A DNA stretch of 64,000 nucleotides from an uncultured Candidatus Entotheonella sp. (GCA_965217185.1 OZ244252.1:608001-672000); one strand, 5' to 3'. Shown: positions 38,769-49,030, counted from the stretch's first letter. Numbers and translations: made by a program. Notes: generated from the sequence alone by a model not told the origin.

Positions 38769-38944
38769 GATCAAATTCTTTCTCCGTACTTATCGAGCCG
38801 TCCCCCTACAGCCTCAAAGGCGACGACCAGGCTATTTAAGCGGCAACGCTTCGCCGTCGACCGTGCTCGGCACACAAAACAAAGGCGGTTCGTTTACACG
38901 AACCGCCTTTCGAACCGTCGTCTGGAAACATCAAGCAGGCTGCA

Positions 38945-39142
38945 TCAGGAGTCTTGGTTGGACTTGCTCGCTTGTGGATGAGGATTCGTCCCCGAGTTGG
39001 CACCCGAGGCTTTTTGCTCATTCGTGAGAAATTTTCGGGAGGCTTTTTGCTCTTCCTTGGAGACTTGACGCCCCAACGGTTTTTCCGAAGCCCCCCGTTT
39101 CTCCTCGACCACGGCTGTGTAGTAGTGTTTGTTCTCCGCCAT
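38945..39142 (-). CDS. Small hypothetical protein
   Basis: GGGAGG RBS, co-oriented just downstream of the membrane-protein gene. Confidence 0.35.
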   Translation of the reverse strand: MAENKHYYTAVVEEKRGASEKPLGRQVSKEEQKASRKFLTNEQKASGANSGTNPHPQASKSNQDS

Positions 39143-39161
39143 CAGACTTGTCCTCCCGTTC

Positions 39162-39926
39162 TTATCCAGTTGCGAGATGATCGCCAGCGAAATCTATATC
39201 ATGAGCCGTGGTCCTGATCCAACCTCTGGGGCCCGAAGTTCGCCAGAGCCACCCGAGTCGTTTCCGCCTTTCCGCGTCACGCGGATTTGTTCCAGCGGGT
39301 ATCTTGCCCACAACTCGCGTGTTGTAGAAATACGTGGTGATGAGTACAGATTCGACAACGTTTGAAACGATATGTTCAAACGTTGCCGTGGCTTTTTCCC
39401 CCGGTTCGACAATCAGTTCGTCTTTGGCCCATTCGAGTCGTCTCACATTCAATAAGTCCCATTTGAAACTCTCATAAAGGTCTTTATCCATTATCTCGTC
39501 AAATAACCGCTCTGCCGTGTCTCCGGCCACTGGCGCAAGTTGTTCTACGGTGAACAGGCCATCGCGAAATTCCATTTTGACTCGTGAACTGTTGTACAAA
39601 GTCGCGGTTACTTCGATGTGTACGTATCCGTGACCGATCTGGCGGTTCGTCACGTCGTGTGAAATGGTGACATGAGGCTGCTCGTGCCGGAAGATGAAAC
39701 CCCGCCGCCAAGCGAAAATCCCGCCCAGCACAGTAGCGATAATGGTGGCTACCGCCTGCGCGATGCGAGCCCACAGGTATATGTTGCCGGCAACCGACGC
39801 CGAGCCCGGGGTCGCCGCCCCGATCCCTTGCACCTCCGTCAACCCGGCTGAAATGGCGAAGCAGAACCCGGCGGTCGCTACGACCAGCAGCACTATTGCC
39901 AGAGGCGCGTTGATCATTCTGAACAC
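39162..39926 (-). CDS. Hypothetical membrane protein (two hydrophobic helices + beta-rich soluble domain)
   Basis: Hydrophobic segments near aa 7-30 and 52-73; starts 3 nt after the MTase stop. Confidence 0.65.
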   Translation of the reverse strand: MFRMINAPLAIVLLVVATAGFCFAISAGLTEVQGIGAATPGSASVAGNIYLWARIAQAVATIIATVLGGIFAWRRGFIFRHEQPHVTISHDVTNRQIGHGYVHIEVTATLYNSSRVKMEFRDGLFTVEQLAPVAGDTAERLFDEIMDKDLYESFKWDLLNVRRLEWAKDELIVEPGEKATATFEHIVSNVVESVLITTYFYNTRVVGKIPAGTNPRDAERRKRLGWLWRTSGPRGWIRTTAHDIDFAGDHLATG

Positions 39927-39929
39927 CTT

Positions 39930-42900
39930 CTATATCGCCCCTTTCACTATCGCGATTTCCTCATCGGTCAGGCCGTAGAGCCTGTACACGAGTTGATCGA
40001 TTTCGGCTTCCAGGGAGGCGGTGTCAGCTGTGGGGTCGGCGCGTTTGGCGGCCAGGATGTCGTTCACGAGACGGATGAACGGGCGCTGCTCTGCAGTGGA
40101 GATTTTGGGGATGGGGATTGTTTCTACATAGACTTTCTTCCAACGCAACGTTCCCAAACCGGAGGTCGGCGCCGTTTTCTGGAGAAACCAGTGGGTCAGC
40201 CTTGCATTTAGAACAGCGCAGAGGAACTTTATGCCCTCGCCCGTCAACATGAATGTTGTGGCTTCGCCATATATCCCGGTATCGTCGTATGTAAAGCGCC
40301 CGTTTTCAACAAGTTCAATCCAGAACAGCTTTTCTTTAGCAAAATTTTCAAGATACTTGTCTGTTGGATTATTGTCTAATTCTAACCAGTGATGTTGTCC
40401 CGCATTATCTTTACCGCCGTATCGACATTGTCCTCTTTTGGCAAGTTTCTCTTTATGATTATGTAAATGTCTGTAAATCGCCGGATAGCGGTTTTCTAAA
40501 TGTGTGTGTGATCCATACTTTGCGATAATCACCCATTTGTCTGCCCAATTTGCTTGATAACGTGCAATATCTTTCCCACGTAAAATAGGTTTAAGAACTT
40601 CTGTACTGCGCGGGTCTTCTTGGATCAGACGGTCACGGGTTTGCGTGTCGATGATGAAGGCGGCATTGCAACCGGTCTTGATGCCATAGTTGATTCTCAC
40701 ATCCCAGTCTTTTAGCGGCGTTCCGATAGCCTGCATTTTATCCATGACGCGATGCCCACCGGGTGACAGGATGCTCCATGGTTTCTCTCCGTCCGGGCGC
40801 ATTTGTCCCCACAGGCTTGCATCGGGCGGGAAGTCCTTGATATCGAGTTGATCCATATCCACCGCAGCAATGACAGGGCTCGCCTTGTCGCTATTGCCTT
40901 CGCGCAACAGCAGGATGCTGGTATCCACGATGGTGTTTTCAAAAATGTTTTTGCCCATTTCCAGCAGATACAACGGAGTTTGCTGCTCGGCAAAGTAGCG
41001 GCGTGTGGCTCCACCGTATTTCGCTTTCAACCAGCTATTGGAGGTGATGTAGGCGAGCAGGCCCTGCTGTGGCTTGAGCAACTGACAACCCTTTTCATAG
41101 AAAAGCTGATAAATATCGCCTCTGCGGACGAATGTTGCGTAACCGGCATCCTGGTAGCGGTTGCCCAGGTCGCCCTCGTTGTTCTGCAACTGGATATACG
41201 GCGGATTCCCGATTACCACGTCAAAACCCTCCCGGCTACCGAACATGTACTCGCCATCGAACCAGTCGGCCTTTGCATTCTGGTCGTACGGGTCCCACTG
41301 CGTGATTTTGTTTGCATCATCCTCAGGAAGCCCGGCGTCATGTAGTACTTCCGACAACTCTCGACGCAAATCCCTATCTTCATCCTTGCACGCCAGCTTT
41401 TCCCGGCGCGTGGTAGCGTGAAAGTGCCGCTCGCGGTTTTCTGCCAGTCTCCCTTTTAAGGTCTCGATCTGTTGACGAAACAAGTCGAGTTGAGTAGCCG
41501 TCTTGAGATGCAACAGCGTATCCGCCGCTACGAAGCGCGTCTCCAGGTTCGGCAGGGGTTTGATGCCGAGGTTCTCCGCTTGTGGGTCTGCTTCTTGCTC
41601 AATCGCCAGAGAGATGAAAAAGCGTAGCTTGGCGATCTGACAGGCGATAGGCTGAATGTCTACACCGAAGATGCTGCTTTGCATGAGGTACAGCTTGCGC
41701 CCGAAGTCAGAGTCGCGGTAACGCTCGAACGTATTGCTGATTTCGGCCAGTTCGGCGTCGCGTTCTTGCTGGGTAGGGGCATCAAAAGCTGCCGCTGCCC
41801 GCTCGGTGGCCCGCGCCTTTTGCAAGGTTTTCCAGAGTTCGTTGTCGCGGTCAAGCCTATTCAGCGCCAGGGTCAGTTTGTGCAGGACGCCCATGGGGAA
41901 GGCACCGGAACCGACCGCTGGGTCCAGCACCTTGAGTTCGGCGATGGCGCAGACCAGTCCTTTGGTTTCGTCTGCGTCGAACAGATCACGGGCGTCGTTG
42001 AACGCAGCCGCATAATCCAACAGATAGCGCAGCCGATCCTGCCAGAACGTCGGGTCGCCGTCGGTCGGCTGGCACTTCTGCGCCAGCGCTACCACCAGCG
42101 CCTCGTCCACCATGTAGTCCACTACTTGGCGCGGCGTGTAGTAGGAGCCGGTCTGCTTGCGGGCGGACTTCCGGGTTTCCGGGTTATAGTCGGCCAGCAG
42201 ATTCTCGAACACCTTGCCCAGAAGTTCCGGGTCTAACGCCACTTCCTGCTCGACCGGCGTGTTCTCCTCCACCGTGAACTTGTATCGGTTGAACAGGGTA
42301 ATCAGGCCTCGCCTAGCGTTGTCTTCATCAAAAAACAGGCGGTTCGGAATAGACAGAATGCGGTAATCCTTGCTTCTGGGATTCGTCACGTTGTCCGTGA
42401 AGCAGTCGATGCGGTAGCCGCCGTCCGTGGTGGCTTCTTCGCTGTCCAGGCAATCGAACAAGCCGCCGTTGATGAACGGCGTGCGGGCGAACAAGGCCAA
42501 CAACTTATCCGGGTCGGCTATCTCCCGTTCGTACCGGTACAACGAAAAATTGCGGTGGGTGACGTTTTGCACTTGGCTGAATCCGCGTTTCTCCATTTCG
42601 GTGTTCAGGGTGGCAAAAAACAGGTTTTGCAGCACGGCACGGTAGTAGGAATCGCCCTTCTCCTGGTCGTAGTCTTTCAGAAGATTATTGACCTGTTCCT
42701 CGACGAACAGATCGCCAGCGACCAATCCCTTCTCTTTCATGAACCAGACGAAGAGCAGGCGGGTGATCAGACGGATCAAGTGTTCTTCCGGAGACAAGGT
42801 TGTGGCCTGGTCGGTGGGGCACGTGGCCTCTTTGACGGCGCGCCCGAACCAGTCGGACAACTCCCGGTAGAACCGTCGATTGAGTTCTTCGGTGTCCAGC

Positions 42901-43562
42901 GCGTCCAGCCAGGCAGCCAGCAGACCGTCGAAGTTTCGCTGTTTGTGGTTCTGCTCCATCCACGCGAGCCGCTCACCCAGGGAGAGTTCGGCGAGAATGT
43001 CCAGGTGGGCACGGTGCGGGTCGGCCGGATCGATCTCGCGGATGAGCGACACGCTGCCGAGCACGTCGCGGTTCGGGTCGCGTTTGCGGGGACGGCGATG
43101 CACGAAGGCGAGGGTGAGCAGGTTGTCAGCGGTCTTGAACACCACCACCGTCGGCATCGGAAACGGCTTGTTGATCTCGCGGGTAAACTGCGCGTAGCGC
43201 CTCCGGGAATAGTGCTGCCCCTTTAGCGCCACGGCGACGAACAGGAAACTGCTGGCGTTGCCGTCATCGAAGCCGCCGGTGTCGATCAAGGAGAGTTGCC
43301 CTGAGGCAGTAATCTCCTTGATTTCTTCCTCGGTTACCTGAAAGACAATGCGTGCGGACACCGCCTGATCAAGAAACTCCTGCTTTTTTCCCGTGTTGGG
43401 CAGGTCGCCGAACAGGTCGGCAGGATCGCCCGTGGTCGCCAGCGTGCGCTTGCTGCGGTAGCCCAATACATCCAGCAGGTCGTGCGCCACGGTGTAGAAC
43501 TCGTCTTTCGGCGGGCGGCGCAGAATGTCCTTGATGCGGTTTGCGGTGTCCTGTTGGGTCAT
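39930..43562 (-). CDS. Eco57I-like (Type IIG-class) N6-adenine DNA methyltransferase with TaqI-like TRD
   Basis: FINGGLF, LDPELLGKVFENLL, TGSYYTP, LDPAVGSGAF, GFDVVIGNPPY, EIDQLVYRLYGLT. Confidence 0.9.
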   Translation of the reverse strand: MTQQDTANRIKDILRRPPKDEFYTVAHDLLDVLGYRSKRTLATTGDPADLFGDLPNTGKKQEFLDQAVSARIVFQVTEEEIKEITASGQLSLIDTGGFDDGNASSFLFVAVALKGQHYSRRRYAQFTREINKPFPMPTVVVFKTADNLLTLAFVHRRPRKRDPNRDVLGSVSLIREIDPADPHRAHLDILAELSLGERLAWMEQNHKQRNFDGLLAAWLDALDTEELNRRFYRELSDWFGRAVKEATCPTDQATTLSPEEHLIRLITRLLFVWFMKEKGLVAGDLFVEEQVNNLLKDYDQEKGDSYYRAVLQNLFFATLNTEMEKRGFSQVQNVTHRNFSLYRYEREIADPDKLLALFARTPFINGGLFDCLDSEEATTDGGYRIDCFTDNVTNPRSKDYRILSIPNRLFFDEDNARRGLITLFNRYKFTVEENTPVEQEVALDPELLGKVFENLLADYNPETRKSARKQTGSYYTPRQVVDYMVDEALVVALAQKCQPTDGDPTFWQDRLRYLLDYAAAFNDARDLFDADETKGLVCAIAELKVLDPAVGSGAFPMGVLHKLTLALNRLDRDNELWKTLQKARATERAAAAFDAPTQQERDAELAEISNTFERYRDSDFGRKLYLMQSSIFGVDIQPIACQIAKLRFFISLAIEQEADPQAENLGIKPLPNLETRFVAADTLLHLKTATQLDLFRQQIETLKGRLAENRERHFHATTRREKLACKDEDRDLRRELSEVLHDAGLPEDDANKITQWDPYDQNAKADWFDGEYMFGSREGFDVVIGNPPYIQLQNNEGDLGNRYQDAGYATFVRRGDIYQLFYEKGCQLLKPQQGLLAYITSNSWLKAKYGGATRRYFAEQQTPLYLLEMGKNIFENTIVDTSILLLREGNSDKASPVIAAVDMDQLDIKDFPPDASLWGQMRPDGEKPWSILSPGGHRVMDKMQAIGTPLKDWDVRINYGIKTGCNAAFIIDTQTRDRLIQEDPRSTEVLKPILRGKDIARYQANWADKWVIIAKYGSHTHLENRYPAIYRHLHNHKEKLAKRGQCRYGGKDNAGQHHWLELDNNPTDKYLENFAKEKLFWIELVENGRFTYDDTGIYGEATTFMLTGEGIKFLCAVLNARLTHWFLQKTAPTSGLGTLRWKKVYVETIPIPKISTAEQRPFIRLVNDILAAKRADPTADTASLEAEIDQLVYRLYGLTDEEIAIVKGAI

Positions 43563-46500
43563 GGTGTGTTCTTTCCTGGCTGTCGGTCCAGGTTGCCGAT
43601 GACCAACCACGTCACCAGTTCGAAATTGTCAGTGTCGGGTGACTCGTCGGCGGTGGGGAGGGTGACGCCGCGGTTGCCCGTCTCTTTCAGCGCGTTCAGT
43701 TGCGTGTGGACGTGCATTTGGCTGATGTGCTTGAGAACTTGGTTCAGCAGTTCATCGTAGCGTGTCATGTTGCGGCCGTTGTCGGTCTCCGCGTTGAACC
43801 GGTCGCACAGGCTGAGGATGGCATCGGTTTTACCGGCTGTCGCCGCCTCAAACGCTTCCAGCACCTGCCGGGCGTTGGCGCAGCCGAAGCGGATGTAGCC
43901 ATCGTAGCCGATGTGGACGGCATAGAACGGGTGAATGGGGCTGGCGATCCGCTGTCCCGGCCTGGGCGCCATGTTGGCGTTAAGCTGACGCAGGAAGAAG
44001 ATGACGCCGGAACCGGCGGGACCGTCAGCGGGCCGGGTCACCGCGCAGGCCCCAAGCAGGGTGGCCTCCAACTCGTTGCGATTCTTTTCCAGATACCGCA
44101 GTAGTTGGGCGAAGAAATAGTCCAGTGTGAAGTCGCTCATCGCCGGGGCGTCGTCCGGGCTGTCCAGGTCCAGGACTTCTTCACGCAGCTTCAGCAATTG
44201 CCGGTCGCGGAAATCCAGGTCCAGTTGGGCATCGTCTTCGGTGAATGGGTCCTCGTCACCGCTCGCCGCCACGTCCGCCAGCGCCATCCGCGCCTGGACC
44301 CGGCTTTTCAAGCGCAGGTAGGCGTCCATATCGCGGGTGGGCCAGTAATTCAGCATGCAGACTGCGCGGCTGCGGCTGCCCATACGGTCGATACGCCCGA
44401 AGCGCTGGATGAGCCGCACCGGATTCCAGTGGATGTCGTAGTTCAGGACAGTGTCGCAGTCCTGCAGGTTCTGCCCCTCGGAGATGCAGTCGGTGGCGAT
44501 CAGCAGGTCAATCTCGCCCGTTTCGGCATCCGTGCGGCCACGGGCGCGGGGAGCGAAGTTGGTGAGGATGGCGTTGAAATTGTTGGGGCCGCATGTGGTG
44601 CGGGTTTCGTCGCCGGACACCATCGCCAGATTCAGGTCCAACTCCTTTGCCAGGCTGGACAGGTTGTCGTACAGGTATTTTGCCGTGTCCTTGAAGGTGG
44701 TGAACACCAGCAGTTTGCGGTTGGGCTTGCCGTCCTGGTCGATGGACGGGTGCTCGGCCTTGTGCCGGATGGCTTGTTTGATCTCGTGCAGCTTGCCGTC
44801 GCGCTGTGGCGTGACGGCGGCAATTCTGTCGTGCGCCGCCCGCAGGGTTGCGTGGTCGCGCCGCAAATCCTCCTTCCAGCGCCTCAGGTCCAGCTCCCGC
44901 AGGTGGTAGGGATGCCGTGCCCGGTTGATGAAGAACTCCTCGTCGTCTTCGTCCTCTTCCGGCTGGACAATCACCTCGCCATTGTCTGTGAACAAGCTCT
45001 TTTCGTAGCGCCCAATCTGTTCCAGCAGGCCGTCGATCTTGCCAATGGTGCGAGCCAGGGTCAGGGTCAACGAGTGAGCGGAACTTTCCAGCCGCTTCAG
45101 GAAGTTGGTGCGCATCATGGCGACCAGAAAGTTCTCCCGGTCCGCCTGGTTGAAATTCCTGGTTTTCTTCTCTTCCGCCAGTTGTTGCCGGCGGGTTTCG
45201 TCCGCCAGATAGTCGGACGGGCGATAGACGGACAGGGTGAAGCGGTCGATCTGCTCTGCCAGGACTTGATATGAAAGTCCGCCGTCCCGGTCGGTAGGGG
45301 GGTAGCGGTTGTCGGGTACGGCATGATCCGGAAACCGGCCGATGCGCTCCATCTCGTCGGCGTAGAAGGTCTTGATCTGCCGCCGGGAGCGGGCAATGGA
45401 CACCGCATCCTGCAGCCGCAGGAAATCCGCGCCAAGGCTTTCCAGCAGCTTTGCCTTGTCGCGTTGGCCCTGTCGAGTACTGGTTTCCCACTGTTTGAAC
45501 TGACGCTGCGCCGCATTCAGAAGTTGGCCGATGTTGCTGATCCCAAGGCTTTCCCGGAAGGTATCGTCGCGTCTTTCGGTCATCAGGTAAATCTGGTTGC
45601 GCAGGTCGATCAGGGAGGTGTTGACCGGGGTTGCCGACAGCATCAGGACCTTCGTTCGGACGCCGTCCTTGATAACTTCTTCCAGGAGCCGCGAGTACCG
45701 GCTGTGCTGCAGTTCGCCTTTGTCGTTCGTGTAGGGCCTCCGGTCGTTGCGGAAGTTGTGGGACTCGTCAATGACGATGAGTTTGAAGCTGGACCAGTTG
45801 AAGTTGGCCAGGTCGACGCTGTCCGCCATGCCGGTATTGCGAGAGAGGTCCGTATGCGACAGCAGCGTGTAGCCGAAGCGGTCGGCGGCGAAGGGATTGT
45901 TGCGTTGGGCGTTGTGCACTGGATAGAGTGCCCAGTTCTCGCGCAGCTTTTTGGGACAGAGCACCAGGACGTTTTCGTTTTGGAGCTCGAAGTATTTGAT
46001 GACGGCGAGCGCGGTCCAGGTCTTACCCAGTCCGACGCTGTCGGCCAGAATGCAACCGCCCCGGGCTTTCAAACGGTTGATGATGCTGATAGCGCCGTCT
46101 TTCTGGAAGTTGTACAGGGCTTGCCAGATTTGGGTGTCGTAGAGGTGAATGTCGGCCAGTTGCCGTTCGCCGTCCCGCCGTGCCTCGATGTCGGCCAGGA
46201 AAAGTTCATAGAGAGTTTTGTAATAGATGAGTTCCGGGGCGTGTTCCTTGCCGAGCCGGTTCAGGACGGCGAGCACATCCTGCCTGACGTCGCGGGTCAT
46301 GTTGTCGTCCGTCCACAGGTCGTCGAACCACTCCCGGAGTTCGGTGTGGGTGGCCTCGTCCGTGGTCGCCAGATTGATTTCCAGGTTGGCCCCGGCGCCG
46401 CAGCCCAGTCCGCTGCGGGTGAAGTTGGAGCTGCCGACGACGGAGGCCCGACGGCCTTCGGCCTCGGCAAGGTACATCTTGCCGTGCAAAAAGTTGGTCT

Positions 46501-46843
46501 TCCCGATCGAGCGGATACTGACGTTATGGCCCGCTATCCACTCGGCGCACGCCTTGGCAAGGTGTTTTTGCTGGAGGATGCGATTGGGGCTGAGACCGTC
46601 TTCGGTCACGGTGAAGGACTGCGATTCCTTTTTCCCGGGGTCCAGTTCGCCAACGGAAGCCGGGTCTCCGAAGAGGAAACGGATGTCGTCAACTTGGTTC
46701 AAGGCATCTTGCAAGGCTTCGTAGCCGTATACGCTGAAGTAGGCGGACACAATGCGGAAAATTTGGGTGGCGGGGAGGTGCTGTTGGAGGTAATCGACAA
46801 GCCTGCGGGCGCGGTTGTCGAGGATGTGTTGATCTGTTGCCAT
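43559..46843 (-). CDS. PLD-nuclease + SNF2-type SF2 helicase
   Basis: SAYFS and HGKMY..GSSNFT..NLE (PLD); LADSVGLGKT, DESH, LSATP, SEGQNLQ, QRFGRIDR; 4-bp overlap with the MTase. Confidence 0.9.
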   Translation of the reverse strand: MATDQHILDNRARRLVDYLQQHLPATQIFRIVSAYFSVYGYEALQDALNQVDDIRFLFGDPASVGELDPGKKESQSFTVTEDGLSPNRILQQKHLAKACAEWIAGHNVSIRSIGKTNFLHGKMYLAEAEGRRASVVGSSNFTRSGLGCGAGANLEINLATTDEATHTELREWFDDLWTDDNMTRDVRQDVLAVLNRLGKEHAPELIYYKTLYELFLADIEARRDGERQLADIHLYDTQIWQALYNFQKDGAISIINRLKARGGCILADSVGLGKTWTALAVIKYFELQNENVLVLCPKKLRENWALYPVHNAQRNNPFAADRFGYTLLSHTDLSRNTGMADSVDLANFNWSSFKLIVIDESHNFRNDRRPYTNDKGELQHSRYSRLLEEVIKDGVRTKVLMLSATPVNTSLIDLRNQIYLMTERRDDTFRESLGISNIGQLLNAAQRQFKQWETSTRQGQRDKAKLLESLGADFLRLQDAVSIARSRRQIKTFYADEMERIGRFPDHAVPDNRYPPTDRDGGLSYQVLAEQIDRFTLSVYRPSDYLADETRRQQLAEEKKTRNFNQADRENFLVAMMRTNFLKRLESSAHSLTLTLARTIGKIDGLLEQIGRYEKSLFTDNGEVIVQPEEDEDDEEFFINRARHPYHLRELDLRRWKEDLRRDHATLRAAHDRIAAVTPQRDGKLHEIKQAIRHKAEHPSIDQDGKPNRKLLVFTTFKDTAKYLYDNLSSLAKELDLNLAMVSGDETRTTCGPNNFNAILTNFAPRARGRTDAETGEIDLLIATDCISEGQNLQDCDTVLNYDIHWNPVRLIQRFGRIDRMGSRSRAVCMLNYWPTRDMDAYLRLKSRVQARMALADVAASGDEDPFTEDDAQLDLDFRDRQLLKLREEVLDLDSPDDAPAMSDFTLDYFFAQLLRYLEKNRNELEATLLGACAVTRPADGPAGSGVIFFLRQLNANMAPRPGQRIASPIHPFYAVHIGYDGYIRFGCANARQVLEAFEAATAGKTDAILSLCDRFNAETDNGRNMTRYDELLNQVLKHISQMHVHTQLNALKETGNRGVTLPTADESPDTDNFELVTWLVIGNLDRQPGKNTP

Positions 46844-46925
46844 TTGGGATTCTGTTTCTCTTCACGCCCGGTCTGGTACGTTCGGTTATGACAGAGGGTC
46901 TAAATACCCTCACCACTACCTTTAC

Positions 46926-47987
46926 TCAAGCGTTACTACCCTTATTTCTGAGAAAACGCCAGCGGGCGCCTGGCCCTCGTCCGCTGCACGCCACGTCGCC
47001 GGATTTCCTTAACCCCGCCAGGAGGGTGCGAATCCATTCGCGGCCGACACCGGGGCAGGCGCGTTCTAATTCGCTCAGGCGAAAGTCGCCCGGCTGGGCG
47101 CGAATGGCGGCGAGCACCCGCTCGGACTTGGCACCCCGCGGCGCCCTGATCTGACCGGCGCGTTCCTCCAACTCGATGTAGGCGCGGCGGATAATCGCAA
47201 GGATGAAGTTGAACCAGGGCGTCAGTTCGTGTTTGCCGTCGTGCCAGCGGTGGGAACTGAGACGGAGGCATTCGTAGTAGGCGTCTCGGGATTCCTCAAT
47301 AAGGCGTTCCAAGCTGATATAACGGCCGACCTCGTAACCGTGCTGGTAGAGCGTTAACAGGGTGAGCAGTCGGGACACACGCCCGTTACCGTCCCGGAAA
47401 GGGTGGATGCAAAGGAAATCCAGGACGAGGGCGGCGATTGCGATGAGCGGCGGGATATGCTCCTCGTTGAGGGCGTGCTGGTAATGCCGGCAAAGTTCTT
47501 CTACAGCCGCCGGCGTCTCGGAAGCCTTCACGCAGCGGAATCGGACAACCGGCGCTTGTCCGGGCAGGAATTCTACGATGTCATTATCGACTCGTTTGAA
47601 TTGGCCCGCGTCGCCGCTGGCGGATTGGCAGAGGGCATGTAGGCGTTGCAGGGTGTCCGGCGCAATGGAAAGCGCCGCGTAGTCGGTGTGAATCTCGTTC
47701 AAGGCGCGGCGATAGTCTTGAATCTCCAGTTCGGAGCGGTCACGGGGCTTCGCTTGGCCGAGCACCAGCGGGTAAAGGCGGGTCGGGGCGACCGTCACCC
47801 CCTCGATGCGGTTGGAGGATTCGGCGCTCTGAACGACGGCCGTGTCGCGGAGCGCCTTGAGGGCCTGTGGCGACTGGCTGGTGAATAGCTCCTGTTTTCC
47901 CCTCGACTCGGCGATATCGTTGAGCAGCCACACCGTGCTCAGAGGTACTTCATGATCGCGTAGGCGACCGTTGTGAAAGGAGTTCAT
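46926..47987 (-). CDS. Fic family protein (class II-like)
   Basis: HPFRDGNGRVSR Fic motif; SNRIEG auto-inhibitory motif; HTH-like C-terminus. Confidence 0.9.
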   Translation of the reverse strand: MNSFHNGRLRDHEVPLSTVWLLNDIAESRGKQELFTSQSPQALKALRDTAVVQSAESSNRIEGVTVAPTRLYPLVLGQAKPRDRSELEIQDYRRALNEIHTDYAALSIAPDTLQRLHALCQSASGDAGQFKRVDNDIVEFLPGQAPVVRFRCVKASETPAAVEELCRHYQHALNEEHIPPLIAIAALVLDFLCIHPFRDGNGRVSRLLTLLTLYQHGYEVGRYISLERLIEESRDAYYECLRLSSHRWHDGKHELTPWFNFILAIIRRAYIELEERAGQIRAPRGAKSERVLAAIRAQPGDFRLSELERACPGVGREWIRTLLAGLRKSGDVACSGRGPGARWRFLRNKGSNA

Positions 47988-48117
47988 GATTTTCGGTCCG
48001 AATGGGGTGATGGCACGTGAATGCACGCGGCTGGCGTAATTCGCCGCCGGCCCTGCACGATTTCGTTGTAACGTACACGTGGGGGGACCCCGATTGGCGA
48101 TTTGTACGTACCAGATG

Positions 48118-48516
48118 CTACCAGCGTTTGATGTCGTCGAACTGATCAAAGTCCTTGTCAAATGCTGCCACATGGTCCCCGGATGCCGCGGCAAGGGCAG
48201 CCAGATAGCAGTCCAAGAAATCGCATTTTGTTGAGGCGAAGCGCTCCAGAGCATCAAGCATTTCGTCCCGCTTCACACAGCGAATGCCGGCGCTGAGGAT
48301 GACCTTGCGCAACCCTTCCGCAATCTGTTCGCGCCCGGTTTGGTAGAAAGAATCAAGTACCCACACCGCTTCGGCAACAGCCACTTCGGTCAATATCAGC
48401 ACACATTTCCCGTCGCAGGCGTCGGCAAACAGCGCCTGAGCGGCCGGGGAGTGCTGAGCATCGTCGCCGCGCAGAAAACGCAGCAGGACGTTAGTGTCCA
48501 AAAGATACCTGATCAT
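48118..48516 (-). CDS. PIN-domain (VapC-like) toxin
   Basis: LLDTNVLLR, E, DFLD, FDKDF. Confidence 0.9.
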   Translation of the reverse strand: MIRYLLDTNVLLRFLRGDDAQHSPAAQALFADACDGKCVLILTEVAVAEAVWVLDSFYQTGREQIAEGLRKVILSAGIRCVKRDEMLDALERFASTKCDFLDCYLAALAAASGDHVAAFDKDFDQFDDIKRW

Positions 48517-48755
48517 TCGTATCTCGCTGCTCTTGCTTGGCGGGCCGCCTCTCGTTCCTCGCCTTTGGACGCCGACGGTTTGCCATCTGCAAGACAGCCG
48601 TATAAATCCTTGAGTGTTTCGGGCTGCGGCTTTATCAGAACGGCGCCATCAACCAACTCATAGATGAGTCTCTGCCGAGGCTTGAGACCGAGTGCCTTGC
48701 GAATTTCTGCCGGGATGGTGGTTTGCCACCTGTCGGTTAAAGTGGATCTGATTAT
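48513..48755 (-). CDS. AbrB/MazE-type antitoxin with non-ATG start
   Basis: STLTDRWQTTIPAEIRKALGLKP; AAGGAGG RBS followed by CTG ATA; ATGA overlap with the toxin. Confidence 0.75.
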   Translation of the reverse strand: MIRSTLTDRWQTTIPAEIRKALGLKPRQRLIYELVDGAVLIKPQPETLKDLYGCLADGKPSASKGEEREAARQARAARYE

Positions 48756-48899
48756 CAGCCTGCCTCCTTATCCATTGTTTTCGGGAATCCATTCTATATA
48801 TGGATACAATGCACATCCAATTTCCGCAAGCGTCGTGGCACATCAGCAAGGGATAGGTAAGGCGACATTCAGTTTTCTCCGGCTTCCAGCGTTGCTGCC

Positions 48900-49030
48900 C
48901 TTCTCTGTTAGGGGAGACGGGTCGCCAAAGAAATGCAGAGGGGTCGCTCTGGCGCAGAACGTCCTGCAGGGCTTCGTAGCGGTAATTGCTGAAGTGCCGG
49001 AGGTCATGAGAATATCTGGGTAGCCGGAAG
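48900..49030 (-). pseudogene. Decayed remnant homologous to the 5' end of the PLD-helicase gene
   Basis: CTGCAGGGCTTCGTAGCGGTAATTGCTGAAGT aligns with TTGCAAGGCTTCGTAGCCGTATACGCTGAAGT near 46709-46740; flanks match weakly. Confidence 0.5.
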
